Shown here in pieces: positions 31,632 to 38,912 of a DNA stretch of 38,912 nt. The notes beneath the pieces were generated by a model. That model saw only the letters and a program-made list of their open reading frames with translations, did not search any database and was not told the origin of the DNA. How positions within the stretch are numbered: the stretch's first letter is position 1; every line of letters starts with the position of its first letter. A program made the position numbers and the translations under genes. This stretch comes from a virus (lineage: Duplodnaviria > Caudoviricetes), in IMG/VR virus record IMGVR_UViG_3300016263_000623, positions 1 through 38,912 of that record. The stretch is one strand, 5' to 3'.

Positions 31632-31937
31632 TCACGGCCGCGCAAACAACCTCTCCAGCCCCGCCTTGATGTCGGGGCCGAGAAGTTCCAGCACGCGGGC
31701 TTCGGCCTGCGCCTGCGTGTAGTCCCCAGCCGCGTCGTAGGCTTCTTTCTGCCACAGCATCAGCGGGTACGGACACGGGCGAACTTGCGCCACGCAGGTC
31801 TTCCGCATGGCATTGTCGATGATCGTCACATCCAGAGCCGAGAGCGTGATCGGCTTCTGGACTCGCACCTCGCCGTTGGCGCGGGTGATCGTCGGGGGCT
31901 GAATGGTAACGGGGGCGGGAAGATTCATGTTACACAA
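31632..31937 (-). CDS. Hypothetical protein
   Basis: Overlaps the upstream stop. LWQKEAYDAAGDYTQAQAEARVLELLG. Confidence 0.7.
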   Translation of the reverse strand: MCNMNLPAPVTIQPPTITRANGEVRVQKPITLSALDVTIIDNAMRKTCVAQVRPCPYPLMLWQKEAYDAAGDYTQAQAEARVLELLGPDIKAGLERLFARP

Positions 31938-32988
31938 CTCCTAAGATAGATGAACCGTTGATGCCTTTGTCGTATTTGAACTCTATGGTTGCCAGCCAAC
32001 TGAAGGCGTCAGGACGGTGGCCGTTTATTGCCTCCTTCAGGTTGAGCGCGGCGGCCGACAGGGAAAAAATGGCTGCGCTCACACTGCCGACACTGGGGTC
32101 GCCGCCACCGGGGTTGTAAAATAATCTTGAATTATCGTTGAACGTAGCAGTCCAGTTAACGCGGCCCAGTTGGAACGATTCGTCGTTGAACGTAGCGTTG
32201 CCATCGACAGTGCCGTCGTTGTACGAACTGTCGTTGAACGTGCAGTCGCCATAGATGTACGAGTTAGGAAGGGCCCCTGAGTCATCATTGAACGTGCAGT
32301 TGCCGGTGATGTTGGAGCCGCTGCGGGTAGACGAATAGTCGTTGAACGTGCAGAGGCCGGTGATGGAACTTTCGTTGTACGAATAGTCGTTGAACGTACA
32401 GTTGCCAATGATTGAGGAGGAGTAGTACGATATTGAAGATGAGTTGTGCGAACTACCGTTGAACGTACAGTTGCCAGTGATTTGGCCGGAGCTAGCGATC
32501 AGGGAGTCATCGTTGAACGTGCAGTCTCCGATGATGCCTGCGCTGCAACCTGCTCCGTAATTGAACGTACAGTTGCCTGTGATGAGTGCTGGATATTCCC
32601 AACCCAAATCGTTGTGCCATGCGTTCCATCCGTTAAACGTGCAGTTTCCGGTGATGGTTCCGCCGTTGCTGCTGTTGTTGTCGAATATACAGTCTCCAGT
32701 GATGTTGCCGGTGTAATCGTTGTATGTGCCCCCGTTGAAAGTGCAGAGGCCGGTGACCGTGATCGTAATCGCATTGAGCGCCCCACTAAAGAAAGTGGCA
32801 TTAGCCACAGTCGGCGCGCTGCCACTGTTGCTGCTGATGGCGCTGCGAACCTCAATATCATCAGTGCTGGTCGGCAGCGCTGTGGCTGGGACGCTGTGGG
32901 TGTTGGTTTCGGCGTCGTAACTCATCCACCAGTTGCCGAGCGTCTGCCAATCACCGTCTACTGCGCCGTTGAAGTAAAAAGTTGCCAT
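31930..32988 (-). CDS. Beta-helix repeat protein, probably virion/tail associated (352 aa)
   Basis: About 12 repeats of I[TI]G[NDL]C[TI]FN. N-terminal DGDWQTLGNWW...LPTSTDD motif. Confidence 0.75.
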   Translation of the reverse strand: MATFYFNGAVDGDWQTLGNWWMSYDAETNTHSVPATALPTSTDDIEVRSAISSNSGSAPTVANATFFSGALNAITITVTGLCTFNGGTYNDYTGNITGDCIFDNNSSNGGTITGNCTFNGWNAWHNDLGWEYPALITGNCTFNYGAGCSAGIIGDCTFNDDSLIASSGQITGNCTFNGSSHNSSSISYYSSSIIGNCTFNDYSYNESSITGLCTFNDYSSTRSGSNITGNCTFNDDSGALPNSYIYGDCTFNDSSYNDGTVDGNATFNDESFQLGRVNWTATFNDNSRLFYNPGGGDPSVGSVSAAIFSLSAAALNLKEAINGHRPDAFSWLATIEFKYDKGINGSSILGVV

Positions 32989-32991
32989 GTC

Positions 32992-33441
32992 TTAGTACCC
33001 CATCACAAAGGCGACCACATCCCACTTATCACGCCCGGCGTGGTAGGTCGCGGCGAGAATGTCCATCTTGTTCGCCGCCGTGCTGAACGGCAGCGGGCTG
33101 GTCGCAGAAGACGGGATGACGAACTTGTTGCCCAGCGTCACCGTCCGCGAGCCGGTCGCGTCCTGCCGAATCCGCCAGCGAATTGTTTTGCCGTCCACCG
33201 GATTCGTCGGATTGGCGAGCGTGACGTTGCCGGTGAGCGTCACATCGAAAACGTCGCCCGCACTGGCGTCGGTGTTGAGCGTGGCGGCGTAGGTGAGGGA
33301 GACGACATGCGGGTTTCGCAGCACATGCGCTGGAACTTTCTTCGTCACTGGCGACCCGGCCGGGTCGTCCACAATGACAAACAGGTCGTCCGGCGTCACC
33401 GCTGACGCGGCGGAAAGTTCGCTGATTTTTACGTCTGCCAT
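32992..33441 (-). CDS. Tail-fibre-related protein (149 aa)
   Basis: MADVKISEL...TKKV N-terminus and LTGNVTLANPTN...IRQDATGSRTVT...DI domain. Confidence 0.7.
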   Translation of the reverse strand: MADVKISELSAASAVTPDDLFVIVDDPAGSPVTKKVPAHVLRNPHVVSLTYAATLNTDASAGDVFDVTLTGNVTLANPTNPVDGKTIRWRIRQDATGSRTVTLGNKFVIPSSATSPLPFSTAANKMDILAATYHAGRDKWDVVAFVMGY

Positions 33442-33569
33442 CAGTTCTGCTCCGTTCTGATCTTGTCGCCCGATTCGGTTGTCAGTTTGTCGCCGGATTC
33501 AGTGGTGATGCGAGGCGCGGCCGGTGCGGATGGCTTCGTTGGACGCAGGAGTCGGTGGTTCATGGGCAT
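33441..33569 (-). CDS. Small protein (42 aa) with TTESGD repeats
   Basis: Below the track cutoff. MPMNHRLLRPTKPSAPAAPRITTESGDKLTTESGDKIRTEQN. TGATG coupling. Confidence 0.6.
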   Translation of the reverse strand: MPMNHRLLRPTKPSAPAAPRITTESGDKLTTESGDKIRTEQN

Positions 33570-33573
33570 GGCG

Positions 33574-33882
33574 TCAGTTCCTCGACCCGTCGATCAGTTC
33601 CTTGACCACCACCCGCAACTCGCTCTGCCCGTGCGACAATTCTTTGAGCGTCACCGCCTGCTGCTGCTGGACTTGTCCTATCTCTCGAAGCGTCTCGCTC
33701 GTCGTGTCGAGGAACTCGACGTGGCTCTTCACCACCGGCTGGAGGACAGTCGTGTGCAACGCAACCATCGCTTCACGGCCGAAATACAGGACGAATGCCA
33801 GGATTACGCACGGCACGCCGAACCGATCGGCGATCTTGAAGAAGGCGTCGAGCAGGCCAGCCCGAATCTCCTGCGATGTCAT
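33574..33882 (-). CDS. Membrane protein, holin-like (one TM helix plus coiled coil)
   Basis: FGVPCVILAFVLYF hydrophobic segment followed by a helical tail. Confidence 0.55.
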   Translation of the reverse strand: MTSQEIRAGLLDAFFKIADRFGVPCVILAFVLYFGREAMVALHTTVLQPVVKSHVEFLDTTSETLREIGQVQQQQAVTLKELSHGQSELRVVVKELIDGSRN

Positions 33883-33891
33883 CTACCTGCC

Positions 33892-34245
33892 TCACGTCTT
33901 CAGCGTGACGATGCAGACAGCGGCGGTCGAGTTCGTCCCGCCGGCCACCAACTTGATCGCCCCGGCGCCGTAGCAGGCGTCCGGCAAGGCGTAGGTGCGG
34001 GCCTCCGTCAGCGACGGGGCGAGGGTGATGTCGGCCGCGGAGCCGTCGGCGTTGTAGACCCGGCCGAACGTGCCGTCGGGGGCGCTGGAGGCCCACAACT
34101 GGATCGACGTCGCGCTGGTGCTGACGGTCCCCATCAGCAGCGTCCCGCCGGCAACGTCGTCCCAGCGGAGGGTCGTGGCGGCAGAGACCGACGTCGAGAG
34201 AGTGATTGGAAGTGCCTTGAACTTCCGGCGAATCTTCGGTTCCAT
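33892..34245 (-). CDS. Hypothetical beta-rich protein (117 aa)
   Basis: AGGAGG SD and a clean ORF within the operon. Confidence 0.75.
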   Translation of the reverse strand: MEPKIRRKFKALPITLSTSVSAATTLRWDDVAGGTLLMGTVSTSATSIQLWASSAPDGTFGRVYNADGSAADITLAPSLTEARTYALPDACYGAGAIKLVAGGTNSTAAVCIVTLKT

Positions 34246-34250
34246 GCTAC

Positions 34251-34266
34251 CGCACCTCCTTGTGCG
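34251..34266 (-). promoter_or_regulatory. CsrA-type hairpin with the SD in its loop
   Basis: CGCAC-AAGGAG-GTGCG, 5 nt upstream of ATG 34245. Confidence 0.5.
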
Positions 34267-34307
34267 TTGCGGGCCTCTGGGGCCGCTCGTGGCGTGCTAC
34301 AAGTCGC

Positions 34308-34853
34308 TCACCTCATTGTACCGGCCTGTAGCGTGCTAAACGCCGCATCGACGGCGGCTTCGAGGTCGGCCAGCGTGCCGTCGTTTGGGATCACGGCGTC
34401 GATGTATTCTGGCGGGATGCCTCGCTCGCTTTCGTGGGTCGCTGCGGCTCCTGCCAGCAGCGAATGCCCTGGCCGCTCGACCCGCCACATGACGCCACCC
34501 CTGGCCCGAATCGCCGCCGCCTCGTTCACGAACCGCACGTCTGAGATGCAGTAGTCGCCGCCGGCAAGCACCCGTTGCATCGTCGCCATGACCCAGATTT
34601 CCTCGTGGATCATGTTCCTGCCCCAGTCGGTGCCGAGAGTCTGGAGGAGCCGCCGGGGCGAGGAGCCGATCCAACCGATCGGTTCCTCCTTCAGTCGCCG
34701 GTCCTGCAACTCCGCGACCGACAGGCCGGTGATCGCCGAGACGGCGGCGTAGAGGGGGTCAGCGAAAGACAGCGTGGCGAAGCCACGGCTCTCCAGAATC
34801 TTCGCCACGCTGCCTTTCCCGGCCCCCGCCGCCCCACACACGCCAATGATCAC
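34308..34853 (-). CDS. Deoxynucleoside monophosphate kinase (181 aa)
   Basis: IIGVCGAAGAGKG, SFADPL, PRRLLQTLGTDWGR, ISDVRFVNE and HESE motifs. GTGA overlap start; the track ORF is over-extended. Confidence 0.9.
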   Translation of the reverse strand: MIIGVCGAAGAGKGSVAKILESRGFATLSFADPLYAAVSAITGLSVAELQDRRLKEEPIGWIGSSPRRLLQTLGTDWGRNMIHEEIWVMATMQRVLAGGDYCISDVRFVNEAAAIRARGGVMWRVERPGHSLLAGAAATHESERGIPPEYIDAVIPNDGTLADLEAAVDAAFSTLQAGTMR

Positions 34854-35353
34854 AGGTGCATCTCCTCTCCGTCGAAGCGAATCGTCACCCCCAGGTCGTC
34901 GGCGAGCCACCGCAGCCGGACGCCGGCCTCGCGGAGCATCGCCTCGGCCTGGCTGATCTCGGCCGCCCACCGCTCCGGCGTGGCGTCCCGAGGCTTCACA
35001 TGCCCGACGACCTCCTTGATCCCAGCCAGGATGATCGCCCTGGCGCAGTCGGCGCAGGCGAACCATGGGCAGTAGAGCGTGGCCGACTGCGTCGGCGTGC
35101 CGAACCGGGCCGCGGCGTAGATCGCCGCCCGCTCGGCGTGCTCGATGTATTTGTATTTCAGCGGCCGGAGGAGCCTGTCCGGCGCCGCGTAGACGCCCTT
35201 TGGCACCTTGTTGACGCCGATGGCGACGTAGGCGGCGCCGGCCGGCACCAGGACGGCGCCGTTTTGCGTGTGTGGGTCGTGGCTCGACGCGGCCTGCTCG
35301 CAGGCGACCTTGAGCCACTGGGCGGGCGTGTAGGCGAGAGAGTCGGCGATCAC
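34850..35353 (-). CDS. dCMP deaminase family protein
   Basis: SHDPHTQNGA, HAERAAI and PWFACADCARAII zinc motifs. Confidence 0.9.
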   Translation of the reverse strand: MIADSLAYTPAQWLKVACEQAASSHDPHTQNGAVLVPAGAAYVAIGVNKVPKGVYAAPDRLLRPLKYKYIEHAERAAIYAAARFGTPTQSATLYCPWFACADCARAIILAGIKEVVGHVKPRDATPERWAAEISQAEAMLREAGVRLRWLADDLGVTIRFDGEEMHL

Positions 35354-36477
35354 TTGCGTCTCCTGACGTACTCCATGTGCATCTCGTGCAGGCCGCCTTC
35401 GTAGGCGTAGACGAACCCCTGCATAGCGCGTTCCGCACCGATGAAGGCCATGTCAACGTGCCACGAATCCGGCGGAATGATGGTCGGATGCGTCCTGACG
35501 AGCACGCCGTCGATCGTCCCCACTTCTGCTACCTGATGGTGCAGATGCCCGACGTGCCACTCGCGGTGGCTGCACCTCGCCCAGGCTTCGGCTGCCTCGA
35601 TCGCCATGACGCCTGGAAGCCGCTTCTTCCCCTTGTCGCCGTGGGCGATGCCCAGGAGGTTCCCGCCGTGCGTCAGGTACTTTCTGCTCGTGAACTGGTT
35701 GTTGACCGTGATCCTGCCGTCGCCCCTGTATCGCTCGCAGAAAATCTTCTGCAACGCCCAGGCCATCGCCGTGTCGTGGTTGCCCGGCACGAAAAGAACG
35801 TCCGTCGGCTTCGTCTCGGCAGACAATTCGACGACGCCCGCGATGGCATCGACGGCCACCTCAATCGTCTTCTGGAGCCTTGAGTCTCGGTCGATGTATG
35901 TTCCGCCGGTCGTCGTGCCGGAGATTGTGTCGAAGTGTAGCGTGTCGCCTGCCAGGACGATTGACCGCCGCTCGGCGTGCTCGCTCCTTGCGAGGAGCCT
36001 GGATGCCGTCTCGGCCACAAGCCTTGCGGCGATGGACAGGTCGTAGTCGCTGCCCGTCGTGTGCCGCCACGATCGGCCGCCAAAGTGCAAGTCGCTCATC
36101 ACGACCACGCTCCACAGCCCTCGGCGGGCCTTCTTCGCCCGCGCCACCTTCGGCCGGCGAATCTCCCTGCTGGCCGCCTTGATCATCGCCGCGACGGCGT
36201 CCTGCACGCTCGGCCCGGCCTTGGGCTTCAGCCGCACGAACACACGGTGGAGTTCGAGCGTCCCGCCGTCGCCGTCGCCGCACTCCCAGGTCGTGGCCTC
36301 GGAGGCGGCGATGTCGTACTTCGCCATATCGGCTTCGATATGGCGAAGTAAGTCCTCCACCGTCTTGATGCGACGACTCGTCGAGCGCGCCTCCACGGCG
36401 TCGCCGTCGATCTTCTTCGTGACCTGTTCGCCGGTCGTCTCGGCGAGGACGGCATCCTTCAGTCCCTTGTCAGCCAA
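35350..36477 (-). CDS. Calcineurin-like metallophosphoesterase (375 aa)
   Basis: SDLHFG, GDTLH, GNHD, HGD and GHLHH motifs. Confidence 0.85.
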   Translation of the reverse strand: MADKGLKDAVLAETTGEQVTKKIDGDAVEARSTSRRIKTVEDLLRHIEADMAKYDIAASEATTWECGDGDGGTLELHRVFVRLKPKAGPSVQDAVAAMIKAASREIRRPKVARAKKARRGLWSVVVMSDLHFGGRSWRHTTGSDYDLSIAARLVAETASRLLARSEHAERRSIVLAGDTLHFDTISGTTTGGTYIDRDSRLQKTIEVAVDAIAGVVELSAETKPTDVLFVPGNHDTAMAWALQKIFCERYRGDGRITVNNQFTSRKYLTHGGNLLGIAHGDKGKKRLPGVMAIEAAEAWARCSHREWHVGHLHHQVAEVGTIDGVLVRTHPTIIPPDSWHVDMAFIGAERAMQGFVYAYEGGLHEMHMEYVRRRK

Positions 36478-36710
36478 TTCTCCACTCCTTCGGGGCCGAC
36501 GGTTGAGATGCCGCGTTCGCGCAGGTGCCTGGAGATCGTCACAGCGACCGGCCTGCGGGCGCGTTGCATGACACCGCTTCGGTACGCATCCTTGATCTGG
36601 TTGAGTTCAGCCTTGATGTCATCGGGCAGCACGTCGAACCATGTCCTTGAGCGACCGTTCTGCCGCGCGATGTCGGTCAGGACGGCGTCAAGGAGCCTTG
36701 GCGTCGTCGA
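36459..36710 (-). CDS. Hypothetical protein (start uncertain)
   Basis: LLDAVL...TWFDVLPDDIKAEL...GVENWL is protein-like, but there is no clear start codon. Confidence 0.5.
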   Translation of the reverse strand, partial: STTPRLLDAVLTDIARQNGRSRTWFDVLPDDIKAELNQIKDAYRSGVMQRARRPVAVTISRHLRERGISTVGPEGVENWLTRD

Positions 36711-36987
36711 GTCGGTAGCCGAGGGTCCAGAGGACTCTGCTGATGTCGCGGGCGGCCTCGGTGACGTGCTCTTCGCTGGCCGTCGGGAACGAGACGTGGA
36801 TGAGTTCATGGATCAGGGTCTCCAGGCGGGCGCGGTTCTTGAGCCGCTCGTCGATGAGAATCTTCCGCGGCAACTTCGGATTCTTCGGGTCTGGCAGATA
36901 CGCCCAGCCGGCCGCTTCGCCACGCAGTCGCGTGAACCGCAGGAGCCAGCGGACGCCGTGCAGCGTGAAGTGGTGGTCGCCGGGCAT
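36688..36987 (-). CDS. Small HExxH zincin-like protein
   Basis: KILIDERL...LETLIHELIHVSFP..SEEHV. Confidence 0.75.
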   Translation of the reverse strand: MPGDHHFTLHGVRWLLRFTRLRGEAAGWAYLPDPKNPKLPRKILIDERLKNRARLETLIHELIHVSFPTASEEHVTEAARDISRVLWTLGYRLDDAKAP

Positions 36988-37031
36988 AGGGTGATAGTGT
37001 AGAGGAGTAGCCTATGGTTGGCTATCTTGGT

Positions 37032-37355
37032 TTACTGGCCGAAATAGAACTTCGCCGCTGCCTTGCCAGCATCGCGGACGGCGTATTGCACGGCGGCCCC
37101 TTTTTCGTTCAACCACTTCTTCCGCCCGTCGCATCCACACCCGCCCGGCTTGCCCGCAGTGCGGGTCAGCCGCTCGACCCGCTCCTTCGTGATGCCGACG
37201 CTGGTCAGGGCTTGCTCCACGAGGTCGCCGACCATGATGGGCTTCCATGTCTTCACCGGCAGCGGGCGGCACTCGCGGTATGTCGGCAGTCGCTTGGCGC
37301 GGTAGCCGCAAACGTGGCACGTCTGGTGCGGGTTGTCGAAGTTGCAGAGGCTCAT
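37032..37355 (-). CDS. Cys-rich conserved phage protein (107 aa)
   Basis: CHVCG...VGDLVEQAL..VGIT...GCGCDGRKKWLN. ATGA overlap. Confidence 0.75.
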   Translation of the reverse strand: MSLCNFDNPHQTCHVCGYRAKRLPTYRECRPLPVKTWKPIMVGDLVEQALTSVGITKERVERLTRTAGKPGGCGCDGRKKWLNEKGAAVQYAVRDAGKAAAKFYFGQ

Positions 37356-38912
37356 TGGATTGTCGCCGTTGCCACATGCGTGCCGTTGCCGTACCAAACT
37401 AACGCGGGATCGGCTATCGACAGCGCAAACGTCTTGCCAGAAGGCGAGCACACAGGCGTGGATTCGCAGTCGTCGCAGTCATTCGGCAGTTGTTCAGGTG
37501 CTATGCGTCTTACACGCAAAATGCTGTTATGCGTCCACGACATATACATTCCGCCAAACCACGCCCGGCATTGCTTAATGCACGTTTCGCAGTTTTCACG
37601 CAGCGGCGCTTCATATATGGGCAGGAGTCCGCTGTGGCATGGGTAGAGGCCGATTCGAAAACCGATGTCGTTAAACCCGGCTGGCGTCTGGATGGCACCA
37701 AAACTCCAGTAGTTGCCAGTGCCAGGTGCCACATACGTTCCCGAAAAGTCGGGAAGGCCCGCCGGTCGGTTGGTTGTCCATTCGTCTGTGATTTCCACCT
37801 CGATCTCGTCGGGCGATTCGCCATCCCCTTGACAGCAGACGTTGCAGGATTGGCAAACTCCGTTGTTGTTTTCACTGCACCCTGAAAAACGCCAATCGGG
37901 CTCGTACTGGCCGCCTGAAGTTACGCTGATCGACGGCCTGCCGGATGGTGTTGCCGTAAACGAAAACTGCGAACACGATTCGATGGGTTCGTCTGCGATC
38001 CAATCTTGATAGCATCCAAGCGAATTAGCGCCGCTGCCCAGGCCGCCGTAGCATGGCGGGCCGAGTTTCACAACCGGCCGTTCGCCCTCGCCGCGATACC
38101 CAACGTAGAGTTGCAACTTGCTGTTTGTTGGCTGTTTAAACCAGACAGGCCCGAGCAAAAACGGCACCGTCCACCCTCCGCAGAACTGCGTCGTGTAAAC
38201 GCAATAGGACGGCACAGAATAGTATTGTCCGTCTACTGCAAACGGGATGTTGTATTGCCCGTAAAAGTCCTTCGTCGCCGCTTCGCACGCCGCCGCGTTG
38301 GAGTCCTTGAACCGCTCCAGCACAATCGACTGCCCGTTAAGGTAATGCCCGCAGCAGTCGTTTGTCTCCCACATCCAGGCGAGATAGCCGTCGCCGCCGT
38401 CTTCAATCTCTAGGCCGGTTATCACGCCGAAATCGGGCGATTGCGGATCGTCTTCGACGGTGGCCGTAATCACCGCTCCATCTCCGTCGCTTGGTGTGTT
38501 GTAGCCTTGATTGATGTTTACCGTGACGGTGGCAACGTAAGGCGGCAGGCTCGCGTCTTCGCGGTAGTATTTGCCGCCGTTGCTGACGCTTACTGTTTTG
38601 GAGTTTTGGTCTTCGCGGTAGTAGACACCGCCGCCGATGACAAAAACATCGCGAGCGTTCGGGTCATCCTTGTAGTAACTACCGCCCTGGCCTAACTCGA
38701 CGCTTTCCAGGGCGTCGGTGCGAGCGCCACGCCACTGGCCGCCGTCAGTTGGCTCTATGTAAACCTGCTGAATCTCGCCGTTTGGGCCGACGATATCGGC
38801 GTCAAGGAAATCAAAGTCTAACTGTGCGCCATCGGCAGCGGACGGGAATGAGATGGAGATGGGATCATTGTCCGCGTACCCGGTTCCGCCATTCACCACA
38901 GTCACGCCCGCA
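37352..38912 (-). CDS. Tail/baseplate-associated protein, 5' part outside the window
   Basis: Repeated GGxGY/GGxYYRED motifs and a Cys-rich C-terminus. The frame is open to the window edge. Confidence 0.7.
   Translation of the reverse strand, partial: AGVTVVNGGTGYADNDPISISFPSAADGAQLDFDFLDADIVGPNGEIQQVYIEPTDGGQWRGARTDALESVELGQGGSYYKDDPNARDVFVIGGGVYYREDQNSKTVSVSNGGKYYREDASLPPYVATVTVNINQGYNTPSDGDGAVITATVEDDPQSPDFGVITGLEIEDGGDGYLAWMWETNDCCGHYLNGQSIVLERFKDSNAAACEAATKDFYGQYNIPFAVDGQYYSVPSYCVYTTQFCGGWTVPFLLGPVWFKQPTNSKLQLYVGYRGEGERPVVKLGPPCYGGLGSGANSLGCYQDWIADEPIESCSQFSFTATPSGRPSISVTSGGQYEPDWRFSGCSENNNGVCQSCNVCCQGDGESPDEIEVEITDEWTTNRPAGLPDFSGTYVAPGTGNYWSFGAIQTPAGFNDIGFRIGLYPCHSGLLPIYEAPLRENCETCIKQCRAWFGGMYMSWTHNSILRVRRIAPEQLPNDCDDCESTPVCSPSGKTFALSIADPALVWYGNGTHVATATIQ

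Noticed and set aside
31930-32988. Possible DGR variable/template repeats
   Set aside because: Repeat differences are mostly synonymous or not adenine-specific, and no reverse transcriptase is in the window.
34854-35456. N-terminal 200-aa extension of the dNMP kinase in the ORF track
   Set aside because: It overlaps the dCMP deaminase in another frame. The true start is the GTGA overlap at 34853.

Overview
The whole window is tailed-phage (HK97-like Caudoviricetes) sequence, about 60-65% GC, with nearly all real genes on the minus strand. Most plus-strand ORFs in the track are antisense shadows. Read right to left (direction of transcription): a partial tail protein; a nucleotide-metabolism block (metallophosphoesterase, dCMP deaminase, dNMP kinase); holin-like and tail-fibre-like genes; a truncated tyrosine-recombinase remnant; a 6-kb array of small accessory genes including MazG, DUF551 and three integron-type attC cassettes; a tail fibre; an HNH endonuclease; an AT-rich, CpG-poor cos-like intergenic region; TerS; TerL; a greatly expanded head module; major capsid; cement-like protein; a glycosyltransferase; and a head-tail connector. 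Three things stand out. (1) About 15 kb of the head module (a 1000-aa portal fusion, a 2580-aa protein, an 830-aa prohead-protease fusion and a 639-aa protein) is built of cargo modules. Twelve of them open with a Cys/Gly loop tag (C-x11-13-C), usually just after an E-x-R|[ASGND] site resembling the capsid maturation site. This suggests a protease-processed, capsid-packaged effector polyprotein system, which also hides a nested out-of-frame gene. (2) The TerL Walker A motif is split by a 51-nt insert with matching CCG codons, a 19-bp hairpin and an in-frame TGA, directly before a class 3 intein. It is a candidate translational bypass element. (3) Three attC-like sites with canonical geometry delimit self-complementary cassettes whose genes run antisense and start inside the attC loops. 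A Planctomycetota-like host is a weak inference only. All family assignments come from motif recognition by eye, not from database searches.
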